64,000 bases of DNA. It comes from an uncultured Candidatus Saccharibacteria bacterium. Lineage in GTDB: Bacteria > Patescibacteriota > Minisyncoccia > Phycocordibacterales > CSBR16-119. The stretch covers positions 21,560-85,559 of the forward strand of contig CAZLAD010000002.1 in the NCBI GenBank assembly GCA_964557535.1, given 5' to 3'. The notes beneath the pieces were generated by a model. The model was not told the DNA's origin, searched no databases, and saw only the letters and a list, made by a program, of their open reading frames with translations. A program made the position numbers and the translations under genes. Below, one piece after another: positions 1 through 8,869 of this stretch (positions are counted from its first letter, which is position 1; each line of letters opens with the position of its first letter).

Positions 1-8
1 TCATCGAG

Positions 9-482
9 GTGAGCAGTTTAACGCAGTTCCCCGAGATGATGGGCGGCAGATTGAAAACCTTGCACCCGATGGTCTTTGGACCCATCCTTGGAAGGACAAG
101 TGTACTGAGCGACATCAAGTCCATGCAGGATCACAAGATGCCGCTCATCGACATCGTCGTCGTGAACCTGTACCCTTTCAATGAAGAAGTCGAGAAGGGC
201 GCCAATACAACCCATCAGAACATCATCGAGAAGATCGACATCGGTGGGCCATCCCTGATCCGTGCCGCAGCCAAGAACTACGAACGCGTCAGCGTCGTCT
301 GCGACCCGCGGCATTACGATGTTCTGGCGGACCTTATCGAAAAGGGTGCCGGTATCTCACATGACCAACGCGAGGACTGGGCGGGCCAGGCCTTCGATCT
401 TACTTCCGGTTACGATGAACCGATCGGAAGCTACTTCGCTCGAAGGAGGCTTGCACGCCAGGAAACAGTCACCGGCGCCTAA
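9..482 (+). CDS. purH: PurH-like IMP cyclohydrolase (MGS-like) domain only; 5' end lies outside the window and the ORF stops before any AICAR-transformylase domain (truncated, possibly pseudogene or HGT fragment)
   Basis: Motifs FPEMMGGRLKTLHP, IDIVVVNLYPF and IDIGGPSLIRAAAKN match the PurH N-terminal domain. The ORF ends after the linker. Local GC is ~55%, against ~40% for the neighbours. Confidence 0.55.
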   Translation: MSSLTQFPEMMGGRLKTLHPMVFGPILGRTSVLSDIKSMQDHKMPLIDIVVVNLYPFNEEVEKGANTTHQNIIEKIDIGGPSLIRAAAKNYERVSVVCDPRHYDVLADLIEKGAGISHDQREDWAGQAFDLTSGYDEPIGSYFARRRLARQETVTGA

Positions 483-508
483 CCCGTACTTCACCTCGCA
501 TCCGCAGA

Positions 509-541
509 AAGCCCCGGACCCCGGGGCTTTCGCTTTTTTCT
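509..541 (+). terminator. Rho-independent terminator (GC hairpin aaagccccgg/ccggggcttt followed by a T-run)
   Basis: Inverted repeat plus tttttt seen directly in the sequence. Confidence 0.6.
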
Positions 542-567
542 TAAATCTTAAATCCTAATTCTTAAAT

Positions 568-948
568 CTAACCAAACGGCCACCATGGCTTCATCCCCTT
601 AATCCTTTTCTTGAGACTTCGCGCCCCACGGACAAACATCGTCTGAGATCTTCCCTTTCTGTCTTTAATCTCGCGCAGAGCTTCGTCACGTACGAGATCA
701 ATGGCCGCGAGTAATTCTCCTGAATGATTTTTTATATAAAATTCTTTACCTTCAAACGTAAACCGAACTTCTGCCATATACACGTCTTCGCCTTTCTGGT
801 GGTGGTTTGATTCTTTGCCAATCTCTACGAAGACATTGAAATCTCGATCATGATCTAAAAATTTACTGAATGAATTTATTTTTTCGTTTACGTAATCTTT
901 GATTTCTAGCGTCAGATCAATATTGGTTGCCTTGATATTTATGTTCAT
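568..948 (-). CDS. hpf: Ribosome hibernation promoting factor / ribosome-associated inhibitor (HPF/RaiA family)
   Basis: Size and sequence pattern (NINIKATNIDLT..., VRFTFEGKEFY) are typical of sigma-54 modulation protein/HPF. Confidence 0.7.
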   Translation of the reverse strand: MNINIKATNIDLTLEIKDYVNEKINSFSKFLDHDRDFNVFVEIGKESNHHQKGEDVYMAEVRFTFEGKEFYIKNHSGELLAAIDLVRDEALREIKDRKGRSQTMFVRGARSLKKRIKGMKPWWPFG

Positions 949-992
949 ACGATATATCCGTGAAGTGCTAATACTTCCATTTTAACACACTC

Positions 993-1220
993 TTATTCCT
1001 GGTCCGGTATAGACAAAATCTTGGCTTGACTGTGGTGTCCGCTTACAATGCGCACCTTGCCTGTCGGTATGGCAAAATGCCTAGCTACGAGCTCCCGGAC
1101 CGCCTCATTGGCCATATTTCGCTCAGCCGGAGCCCGAACCCTGGCCTCAAAGCGCAGACTAGAAACCTCCTTCAAAACGTCTTTTTTAGAATCAGGAAAG
1201 ACTTTTAGTTTGATATACAT
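993..1220 (-). CDS. DUF167 (YggU-like) small protein
   Basis: 75 aa; the C-terminal GKVRIVSGHHSQAKIL resembles the DUF167 signature. Overlaps ddl by 16 nt (operon). Confidence 0.5.
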   Translation of the reverse strand: MYIKLKVFPDSKKDVLKEVSSLRFEARVRAPAERNMANEAVRELVARHFAIPTGKVRIVSGHHSQAKILSIPDQE

Positions 1221-2068
1221 TGTTTAATCCATTCTTGTAATAAAACGGCTAAAGAAATCCCCGCCTGATTCAACATCTTCGGAATCAGTGAAGTTCTGGT
1301 CATTCCTGGAATGGTATTTATCTCCAAAAAATATATTTCATTTTCATGCCTAACAATAAAATCCGATCTAGAAATATGTTTGGCGTTTATTTTCTTATGA
1401 ATCGCAAGTGCTTGTTTTTGCAATTCTCTATTCAAACTCTCATCAATATCAGCAGGACATATTTCTGTCGCCAAACTCTTTGGGTTGTACTTATTTTCAA
1501 AATCAAAAAATTCGCCTTTTGGGATTATTTCTATGACGGGTAGAGCAATTATCTTTTGATTGTGTTCTATGATTCCAACAGTAAACTCCCTGCCATTTAT
1601 TGGCTCCTCCAATATAAATTCGGTTTCAGAATTTGCAGAAATCAATTTATCCAATTCTTCTTGCGAGCGACACAATCCAGAATCTACCGATGAACCACCC
1701 AAATTAGGTTTGGCAAAAAGTGGAAACTTGCTCGTCTCTGGTGCTATTTTAATTCCAATCGATTTGGCGATTTGCTTCGTTGTCTTTTTATCTATGCCAA
1801 CAGCATGAGCACCCGAATCAGAAAAAATATACGGTACTTTTATTTCTTTGAGAAACCCTTGAAGTGCTCCGTCCTCTCCACCGACACCGTGAATTACCGG
1901 TATTGCCACATCAAAATTTTTTGAGACATTCAAAAATCTCTCTTTTTCTTCGGGAAAAACAAAAACCTCGGTGTCGGCAAAATCAATCAAATTTACAACA
2001 TTTTCAGCCGACCTCATCGATATTTCTCGCTCGCCCGATTCTCCTCCCGTAATGATAGCAACCCGCAT
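1205..2068 (-). CDS. ddl: D-alanine--D-alanine ligase
   Basis: MRVAIITGG... and HGVGGEDGALQGFLKEIKVPY match Ddl N- and central-domain motifs. Carries an ATP-grasp C-terminal half. Confidence 0.8.
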   Translation of the reverse strand: MRVAIITGGESGEREISMRSAENVVNLIDFADTEVFVFPEEKERFLNVSKNFDVAIPVIHGVGGEDGALQGFLKEIKVPYIFSDSGAHAVGIDKKTTKQIAKSIGIKIAPETSKFPLFAKPNLGGSSVDSGLCRSQEELDKLISANSETEFILEEPINGREFTVGIIEHNQKIIALPVIEIIPKGEFFDFENKYNPKSLATEICPADIDESLNRELQKQALAIHKKINAKHISRSDFIVRHENEIYFLEINTIPGMTRTSLIPKMLNQAGISLAVLLQEWIKQCISN

Positions 2069-2193
2069 CTTCCTATCTTATCAAAAGTTTGCTTTTTAAG
2101 CCCTTTTTGGCTAATATTTGGCAGTATCTTCGAAAAGGTACACATTGAAAACTAAATATTCCCCGGTAGCGCAGCGGTAGCGCAGTTGCCTGT

Positions 2194-2756
2194 GAGAAAT
2201 GTAATGGTATACTTATTTTGTGTCTACCACAAGAAAAGAGACCAGAACATACTCCGATCGTGCAGAATATATGCGAGAAGCAGTTAAACGAAGACGTATA
2301 AAGCTTCGTGTAATGGCTCGTGAATATGCTGGCGGTAAATGCAGAATCTGTGGGTACAATAAATCTTCCCGAGCATTAAATTTCCACCATCTTGATCCAA
2401 AGAAAAAAGACTTTGGTTTGGCGGATGGCGGAATAACCAGATCTTGGGAAAAAACTCGCAAAGAAATAGACAAATGTATATTACTTTGCGCAAATTGTCA
2501 CATGGAAGTGCACGACGGAATTACGCAGCTCCCTTCGGAAACGAAGAGATGAAAAACAAGGTGAATTGTCTGGAAGCCCGAGCTGTAACAACAGCGGGTA
2601 ATCAGCAGCCAAGCCTCAATAATTTTTGAGGAAGGTTCAGAGACTATCCTAAACGGAGTAGGCCGAGAGTTTCGGTCGAAGCGCCTTGCACCTAAATTCC
2701 GATTCGGAACACGGTGATGATATAGTCCATTCCTAGAAGTGATTTTAGGGTAAATG
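2194..2756 (+). ncRNA. Group I self-splicing intron (ORF-containing), inserted between tRNA positions 35/36
   Basis: The catalytic-core conserved elements are all present: P-like caacagc (~2600), Q aatcagcagcc (2610-2620), R gttcagagactat (2636-2648) and S gatatagtcc (2719-2728). The intron ends in G before exon 2. Confidence 0.75.
2220..2552 (+). CDS. HNH homing endonuclease encoded inside the group I intron
   Basis: Carries CRICGYNKSSRALNFHHLDP...CILLCANCHMEVH, the HNH/zinc-finger motif. Lies entirely within the intron, 5' of the ribozyme core. Confidence 0.75.
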   Translation: MSTTRKETRTYSDRAEYMREAVKRRRIKLRVMAREYAGGKCRICGYNKSSRALNFHHLDPKKKDFGLADGGITRSWEKTRKEIDKCILLCANCHMEVHDGITQLPSETKR

Positions 2757-2834
2757 TAAGCAATTGGTCGCAGGTTCGAATCCTGCCCGGGGAGCCAAGT
2801 CGTGCGGAGTTATCCCGCACGAGACGCATCAATA

Positions 2835-2871
2835 TTTGTATCAGAAAAACCGCTTAGAATGAGCGGTTTTT
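2835..2871 (+). terminator. Rho-independent terminator after the tRNA (aaaaaccgct...agcggttttt), preceded by a second hairpin at 2799-2825
   Basis: Perfect 10-bp stem plus a T-run. Confidence 0.6.
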
Positions 2872-2901
2872 CTGTAGCCAATTAAATGATAAAATTAAAG
2901 C

Positions 2902-5900
2902 GTGAATTTTGAAAGAAATCTAAAACCCAACAAACTGGACGTCGGGTCAGTTGAGGATTTGTCCGAAAATCAAGAATCAAAGGAAAATCTAAATCAGGCA
3001 CATGAAAAAATTGTGTCTGTCTTGAAAGTTTTTAAACCAGAAGATATTTCATCAGATGAATTTCTTGATGAGGTGGTGGATAATTTATTTGAAGATGCTA
3101 AAAAACTCCAATTATCAAGGGGTCAACTTTTAGAGACCGATGAAGCTGTTTACTCTGAAATGAGAGAAATTTTGATTTCAAGATTCAAACAAATTTCCCA
3201 AGACTACTATGCTGATTATAAAGATATGAAAACGGAGCAATCTGGCCGAGATCTTTGTAGAAAAGCCAGACTTGGTTTGATTTTACTTGATGATCTGTCG
3301 GACTTCGAAGAAGAATTCACAAAAAGATATAACACGCCAAAAAATGACGATCCGAGACAATTAAATTTTGATAATGTTGTTCGCTATTTAAATTTGGATT
3401 GGCAAAACCCACTGAAAGTCAATGAAATAGAACTGTTGATACAAAATGGATACCTAGAAAAGATGTGTGACTTCAATGGAACACTCTACGGTTATATCGA
3501 AGGGACGCCAGAAGAGTTATTGAATGAGATGTCAAAGTCCGGTTTTGCTGGGTCTGCTCGTTGGTCAGACATAAATCATGCTCTTGGGGCTGTAGCGGGA
3601 AGCGAAGATCAGAAATATAGTAGAAAAGCGTTTGAGAATCTAATTGCAGGAAAATATATTAGAGGTATTGCTGAAAATATAAACGCTTTTGAAAACATAG
3701 ATCTAGAAGACCTAGCGATGGTTGGCCTAGACGCCAAAGACTTTATCAAGTTAATACTTGATAGATACGGAATAGACGACCCAACAATAGGAGATAAATT
3801 GAAGGATTTTGTTAAGCATAGCCAGATTAATTTTTTCGATGAAGAGCTAATTGTAAAAAAATGGCTAGGTTTAAAATTAAACAAAGTTCTGGAACAAGAC
3901 AGTAAGTTTTTTGATATTAGAGATGTAGAGCATTGTAAGAAAGTTATAGAGGCAGGATATCTAGGATTGGCGATATGGGACAATAAAATCTTTGAGGAGG
4001 TTGTTAAGAATGATTATGATTGGCTGCTCAATATAGCCAGAGAAAATCATCAAGAGCATCTCCTGCTCCGCTGTCCCGGTATTGGAAACGTCCTTAAAAA
4101 GGAAGATCAACTTGTATATGGTAAGAAACTTATTTCGGAGGGCAAATGGTATGTATTATCATCAATATTGGGCAATATAAGATACGCAGATTCACATTTT
4201 TCTTCTCAAACATTTGATCAAGATATATACGATTCTATCTCGAGCCATGATTTCCATCCGCATCCTGGAAGCTTTAAAAACTTAAATGAAGAGACTCTTG
4301 AGATTCTTTCTGAAAGGTTCCCTGATTTTATAGAACAGGATCCTCTGAGTATAACTAGTTTCGAATTCGGAGAAAATTCGAGATTAGAGGGATATAAGAG
4401 ATACAAGGAATTTATGCTTGAAGTTGAAGCTTTGTTCGACATTCGATTAAGTAAAGAGAGGCTAGAGACGATGAATTTTAATTTTAAAAGATTATCAAAG
4501 CTTTCTTTGGATCAAGGCTTAGAAAATATAAGAAGAAAGGCTTCTTTATACAAAAAAATCGAATCAGTGGCTATTTCTCAGGGGCACGACAAAGAACAAG
4601 TTTTTGATACCTTTGGTTGGATGTTGAATGATTCACATAGCGCTACACCCATAAGAGAAGAGGTCATTGATGAACTAAAATATGTTCCGAAGTCTCTTCA
4701 CGAAACTGAGAGATGTTTAACTATCTTGAATAGATTGACTGGACTTGATCGAGATAAAAAAACCCGAATAGCAATGGAACTATCTATGATCGCAGGATCA
4801 GAATTTTTGGGGGCCGAAGATGTTATATATGAACGATATTTCCGTATTACTTTGCCTGAAGAATCTAGATCTCCCACCAAAGATGAATTTCCTGCGCGAG
4901 AATCTATGGTTACTCAAATACCTGATTTTTCTACAGAATATAAGGAGATGAGCGAGCATTCGCAAGCAGTGTGGCAAAAATTATTCCCATGGTCTGAATC
5001 TTTGAGAGAACTTGAAGGTATCCAGAAACATGCAAAGAGGAGAGAATATGACCCTTGGCAAACAGAACTAGTTCCGCTTCTTAAACACGAACTTGGAAAT
5101 CTGTCATTTGCTAATCCAGAAGATGGAAAAATTTTAGTTGAATACGTAAAGAGATTTGGAATGAAAAATATTCCCTATCTATATTCGGTATTTTCCCAAG
5201 TTTATAAAAGTAAAGATGTAGATCAAATACCACCTCACATTAAGGGAATCCTTGCAGATGATTTCGGTATCAACGCAGAAGAACTTTGTAAAAAAGATAA
5301 AAAGAATTTGGGTCTAATTTTTGCTGAAATGGAGAAAATGCAGACTAGACTAGTTAGCGATATCAGGAATGAAGATTTATCCTTGCTAGAAAGAGTACAA
5401 AAATCACCTTATTTACTTGAAACGATTAAATCTATAGTTGGCAATTCGGGCCATGCGCATGGAGTAAGTACCGAAGAGGCTTTGGAGCTTTATAGAAAAG
5501 CCGTAAAAGAATCACCTAAGAAATTTTTGTTACCAGAAGGATATGAAGAAGTAGAAGTGAGTGTCCCGCAGGTTATATTTGAAGAGGAAGAAAAATCTGA
5601 GGTGATTCAGAAAGAAAAAGAGAAAATATTAAGCAATTCAGATCTAAGAACTTTGGCTGTTGGCTATCGTGACGTTTATAAGCAAAATAAAGACTCAGAT
5701 AACACAACTGATCTATCTAGCAAACGAGATGAAATTAGAAGTTTTATTCAGAGCTCGATAGATGATTTGAACTTACGTTTAAAACAAGAGGAAGAAAAAG
5801 AAATTAAAAATGAAAAAGCAATCTTCGGTCTAAAGTCTAGGATGCAAGCGCTTGAAGAAAAAAAGAAAGATTTCGATATAAATTTTGAAAAATCTTTGAG

Positions 5901-6798
5901 TAAAGAAATTTCTATAAAAGAAAGAATGGAAATACTTTTCGATCAAATACCAGAAAATTGGCCAGGAAAAAAGAACCTCATGATGGATATTAGCCTTTCA
6001 GATATAAAAAATAAAATGCCAGAAGGTTATGATCTGTTCAAATCAGGCATTCAAAATCACGATGACGAGGCTTCAATCTCTCAGATTTATGAATTTATAG
6101 CAAACCATGTTAAGGAACACTATTTAAACAAAAAACATGGACAAGGAGAAGCTGTGGAAACTGATAATAAGGCTTTGATCAAAGCGTTGAAGCAATATTG
6201 GGGTGTACAAGACTTTGATAACTCAATCTTAGCAGTTAGCCATGTAAAATTAGCGGAGTTAAACAAGGGTTCGATCTCAGAGAATAATCTTAATTTAAGT
6301 TTTGTGCCTTCAAAGGGACTGCAAAGAATTTTCAGTGGCGATTTAGGAAGAGCGTGTACGAGTCGAGAAAACGGCAACCTCGCAAAGGGTGAATTTGAAC
6401 CTATCACATCTTATTCAATCATATTAGATAAAGGAACAAAAAACGAAAGGTTTGCCGGATCTTTCCTGGTTATAGAAACGGGGACAGAAGACGGTAAGCC
6501 AGTAATGGTGCTTAGAGCAAACAACCCGCAACAAAATCTGTTTAATATGGTCCACGGTGACTCATTGGTTGCGTCTATTGTTAGTGAAGTAAAGGCGCTT
6601 GCGAAAAGAAGGGGTATAGATAGAGTGGTGGCGCCTCTATCTGGGGGAGCAACTTCAAACAGAACAGAGGTTGCGGAATACTATGACAAGACGTTTTCAA
6701 GTGGTCAGAAAATTGGTCTTAAAAAATCTCCGGAAACAAACTTTAATGGCTATGATATTTGGAATAAGGAGTCAGTGAATGCCGTCACTGTCATTTAG
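2902..6798 (+). CDS. Giant (1298 aa) acidic/lysine-rich hypothetical protein, GTG start, no signal peptide and no recognisable catalytic motifs; cargo of the tRNA-Asn-linked insertion
   Basis: Uninterrupted 3.9-kb ORF in a compact genome. No Walker, HExxH or other motif recognised. Confidence 0.6.
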   Translation: MNFERNLKPNKLDVGSVEDLSENQESKENLNQAHEKIVSVLKVFKPEDISSDEFLDEVVDNLFEDAKKLQLSRGQLLETDEAVYSEMREILISRFKQISQDYYADYKDMKTEQSGRDLCRKARLGLILLDDLSDFEEEFTKRYNTPKNDDPRQLNFDNVVRYLNLDWQNPLKVNEIELLIQNGYLEKMCDFNGTLYGYIEGTPEELLNEMSKSGFAGSARWSDINHALGAVAGSEDQKYSRKAFENLIAGKYIRGIAENINAFENIDLEDLAMVGLDAKDFIKLILDRYGIDDPTIGDKLKDFVKHSQINFFDEELIVKKWLGLKLNKVLEQDSKFFDIRDVEHCKKVIEAGYLGLAIWDNKIFEEVVKNDYDWLLNIARENHQEHLLLRCPGIGNVLKKEDQLVYGKKLISEGKWYVLSSILGNIRYADSHFSSQTFDQDIYDSISSHDFHPHPGSFKNLNEETLEILSERFPDFIEQDPLSITSFEFGENSRLEGYKRYKEFMLEVEALFDIRLSKERLETMNFNFKRLSKLSLDQGLENIRRKASLYKKIESVAISQGHDKEQVFDTFGWMLNDSHSATPIREEVIDELKYVPKSLHETERCLTILNRLTGLDRDKKTRIAMELSMIAGSEFLGAEDVIYERYFRITLPEESRSPTKDEFPARESMVTQIPDFSTEYKEMSEHSQAVWQKLFPWSESLRELEGIQKHAKRREYDPWQTELVPLLKHELGNLSFANPEDGKILVEYVKRFGMKNIPYLYSVFSQVYKSKDVDQIPPHIKGILADDFGINAEELCKKDKKNLGLIFAEMEKMQTRLVSDIRNEDLSLLERVQKSPYLLETIKSIVGNSGHAHGVSTEEALELYRKAVKESPKKFLLPEGYEEVEVSVPQVIFEEEEKSEVIQKEKEKILSNSDLRTLAVGYRDVYKQNKDSDNTTDLSSKRDEIRSFIQSSIDDLNLRLKQEEEKEIKNEKAIFGLKSRMQALEEKKKDFDINFEKSLSKEISIKERMEILFDQIPENWPGKKNLMMDISLSDIKNKMPEGYDLFKSGIQNHDDEASISQIYEFIANHVKEHYLNKKHGQGEAVETDNKALIKALKQYWGVQDFDNSILAVSHVKLAELNKGSISENNLNLSFVPSKGLQRIFSGDLGRACTSRENGNLAKGEFEPITSYSIILDKGTKNERFAGSFLVIETGTEDGKPVMVLRANNPQQNLFNMVHGDSLVASIVSEVKALAKRRGIDRVVAPLSGGATSNRTEVAEYYDKTFSSGQKIGLKKSPETNFNGYDIWNKESVNAVTVI

Positions 6799-6988
6799 AT
6801 TGTAAAATAGATATTTGTTTATCTTTTAGTAAAATTTTCCCTTTAAGATTCCCAAGTAATTCTCGCTTTTCCGAAATACTTCCATCTGCTAAAACGAACT
6901 TAGCATAATTCCGTATATCAACGTCATCAACTTTTACGACTTGGCTTTTACCAGAAACAAGTTTTTGGAATTTCTTGAATCGTGTCAC
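6791..6988 (-). pseudogene. C-terminal remnant (65 aa) of a large serine recombinase, paralog of the intact gene at 48801-50147
   Basis: The translation RFKKFQKLVSGKSQVVKVDDVDIRNYAKFVLADGSISEKRELLGNLKGKILL aligns with the last ~63 aa of the 448-aa recombinase at 48801-50147, at ~80% nt identity. No upstream catalytic domain is present. Confidence 0.75.
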
Positions 6989-7068
6989 TTTTGTAACTTT
7001 TTGATGCGCTCAAGACGCATCAGGAATTCCTGATTTTAGTGCTAAAATAGCCTTACCCTGCAATGAGC

Positions 7069-7101
7069 CAATTGGTTCTAACTCGAGTCGGGGAGCCAAG
7101 T
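7069..7101 (+). repeat. Decayed direct repeat of the tRNA-Asn 3' end (caattggt...cggggagccaagt); candidate attR of the 2798-7101 insertion
   Basis: Blocks of 8 and 13 nt are identical to 2761-2768 and 2788-2800 (T-arm/acceptor/CCA region), in the same order and orientation. Confidence 0.45.
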
Positions 7102-7126
7102 TTAGAAAATTAAGGAGACGGGTATC

Positions 7127-7501
7127 ATGCTTGAATCAAGACGAGAAGAAAATATGGGTCCAGAAAAAGTTGCAAAGATATCTCAAAATATTGTGTCTTT
7201 TTTGTTAAAGAACAAAAAAACGAACGAAGCTCTTAAAAGCTTAATAGGCGTTTATTGTCCAGAATTGAAAATCCTTACAAATCACGATGAAAAACTTTCT
7301 GAAGAATATACCTCAACCATGATTGTCCATAAACTTCCTGGGTTGCCTTTTCCAAAGGAAGATAGCGACTCTTTTATTTCCGACATGCTAAGCGAAACAA
7401 AACTATCCAATGCTGACTTTATAAAATGGCTAGAAAAAATAAAATCTAATAAGAAATCAGGTTTACATTTTGGTATAAAGAATCCTATTTTCCCGAGCTA
7501 A
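7127..7501 (+). CDS. Hypothetical protein
   Basis: ORF preceded by an aaggagacgggtatcATG ribosome-binding site. Confidence 0.45.
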   Translation: MLESRREENMGPEKVAKISQNIVSFLLKNKKTNEALKSLIGVYCPELKILTNHDEKLSEEYTSTMIVHKLPGLPFPKEDSDSFISDMLSETKLSNADFIKWLEKIKSNKKSGLHFGIKNPIFPS

Positions 7502-7609
7502 CAAAAGTATGCAAAAGACCTATTTTCTTGTAAAATAGCATTGCAAACATCGTCCCAAGTTCGAAACAGAATTTTGAAATCGTTTTGCCAAATCTGATAC
7601 AATAATCAG

Positions 7610-8176
7610 ATGAAAGAAACGTTGGCAATTATTGGTGCCGTTATCGCAATCGTCGGCAATATACCTTATTTAATAGATGTAATTAAAAAACGCGTTGAAC
7701 CGCATCCTTATACCTGGCTCGTCTGGACGATCGTCTCTGGGGTCACTTTTTTCGGAGCACTGGCCAAAGGCGCGGGGGTTGGGGCCATACCTACCGGCGC
7801 TGCAGAAATTTTCACAGTCATAATATTTATACTTTCATTAAAATATGGATTTAGAAATATTAGACGAATTGATACATATTTTTTAATCATTGCCCTGCTC
7901 GGACTTGTGCCCTGGGCGCTAACCAAAGACCCGACCATATCAGTCATAATCGTTGTTACGATTGATCTTGTAGCTTTTATCCCGACCCTGCGCAAAACTT
8001 GGAAAAAACCAAAAACAGAAACACCAGTACTCTACAGCATGAACGTCGTGCGTCATATTTTGACCCTCTTTTCGCTTCAGGCCTACAACATCGCGACGAT
8101 GCTTCACTCTATTGCCATGATTATCGTTAATTCCTTTATGACACTCATGATTATACGTGGCAGAAAGAAAGGCTAA
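7610..8176 (+). CDS. Integral membrane protein (about 6 TM, internal two-fold repeat; PQ-loop/SWEET-like?)
   Basis: Hydrophobic segments throughout. Function not assignable. Confidence 0.45.
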   Translation: MKETLAIIGAVIAIVGNIPYLIDVIKKRVEPHPYTWLVWTIVSGVTFFGALAKGAGVGAIPTGAAEIFTVIIFILSLKYGFRNIRRIDTYFLIIALLGLVPWALTKDPTISVIIVVTIDLVAFIPTLRKTWKKPKTETPVLYSMNVVRHILTLFSLQAYNIATMLHSIAMIIVNSFMTLMIIRGRKKG

Positions 8177-8739
8177 TATTTTCTAATAACACCCTTCACA
8201 ACTGCGCATATTTTCAAATCATATTCGGGATATATCGGCTCATAATTTTTATTCGCTGGCTCGAGCCAGACTTTTGCACCATTTTTACGAAAATATTTCA
8301 TCGTAAATTCCCCATCAACTTCAGCGATAATGATCTGACCATCGGTAGCCTTGGTCGTGCGTTCCGCTACCACCAGGTCTCCCTTTTTAATATGAGCATC
8401 AATCATCGAGTCACCGTCGACTTCGAGCACGTAAATAGAATCCTTTTTCGGTATCAAAAACTCATCAAGTGATATTGTCTCTTCTAAAATTTCTTCGGAC
8501 GGCGATGGGAATCCGGCCTTGATTGTTCCGAGCATTGGAACTTCGCCTAAAATTCGATCTGGGACAAGCCGTCCCATTTTATCCTTGGCTACAATTCCCG
8601 CCTCAATCATTTTCTCAACAACGCGGAAAACGGCATTTTTGGATTTGAATCCAAAGAGCTTCATCATCTCAGAATAACTCGGCATGCGCTTGTTGGAACG
8701 ATAGAAGCCAGAAAGGCTATCTTTGTAATTTTCATTCAT
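8173..8739 (-). CDS. lexA: LexA repressor (S24 peptidase)
   Basis: An N-terminal winged HTH, then an Ala-Gly-like cleavage region, then VDGDSMIDAHIKKGDLVV. These are the Ser and Lys of the S24 catalytic dyad. Confidence 0.8.
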   Translation of the reverse strand: MNENYKDSLSGFYRSNKRMPSYSEMMKLFGFKSKNAVFRVVEKMIEAGIVAKDKMGRLVPDRILGEVPMLGTIKAGFPSPSEEILEETISLDEFLIPKKDSIYVLEVDGDSMIDAHIKKGDLVVAERTTKATDGQIIIAEVDGEFTMKYFRKNGAKVWLEPANKNYEPIYPEYDLKICAVVKGVIRKY

Positions 8740-8869
8740 CCCGCTCGAGATAGCAAATTTTTAATTTGCGTATCTTATTTATTTAAAATAATTATTTATA
8801 ATTCGTTCCATTCCCATTATTGTAAAAATTTCTAACCATGAAATCTCTAACGGGATTCATAGATGTAGT

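Larger units (their letters stand above)
2160..2797 (+). tRNA. tRNA-Asn(GUU) interrupted by a group I intron in the anticodon loop (exon 1 2160-2193, exon 2 2757-2797, CCA encoded)
   Basis: Exon 1 is tccccgg-ta-gcgc-agcggta-gcgc-a-gttgc-ctgt. Exon 2 is taa-gcaat-tggtc-gcagg-ttcgaat-cctgc-ccgggga-g-cca. The spliced anticodon loop CUGUUAA is identical to E. coli tRNA-Asn, as are U1-A72 and G73. The 5' exon ends in U and the intron ends in G, as group I splicing requires. Confidence 0.75.

Noticed and set aside
262-558. ORF 262-558 (+) overlapping purH in another frame
   Set aside because: It lies inside the purH-like frame in a high-GC region, a frame artefact. It also runs across the terminator hairpin.
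3609-3983. Antisense ORFs inside long genes (3609-3983, 4218-4442, 18005-19134, 19217-20064, 24165-24802, 36474-36863, 56273-57211 and similar)
   Set aside because: They overlap well-supported longer genes on the opposite strand and have no motifs of their own. They are reading-frame artefacts.
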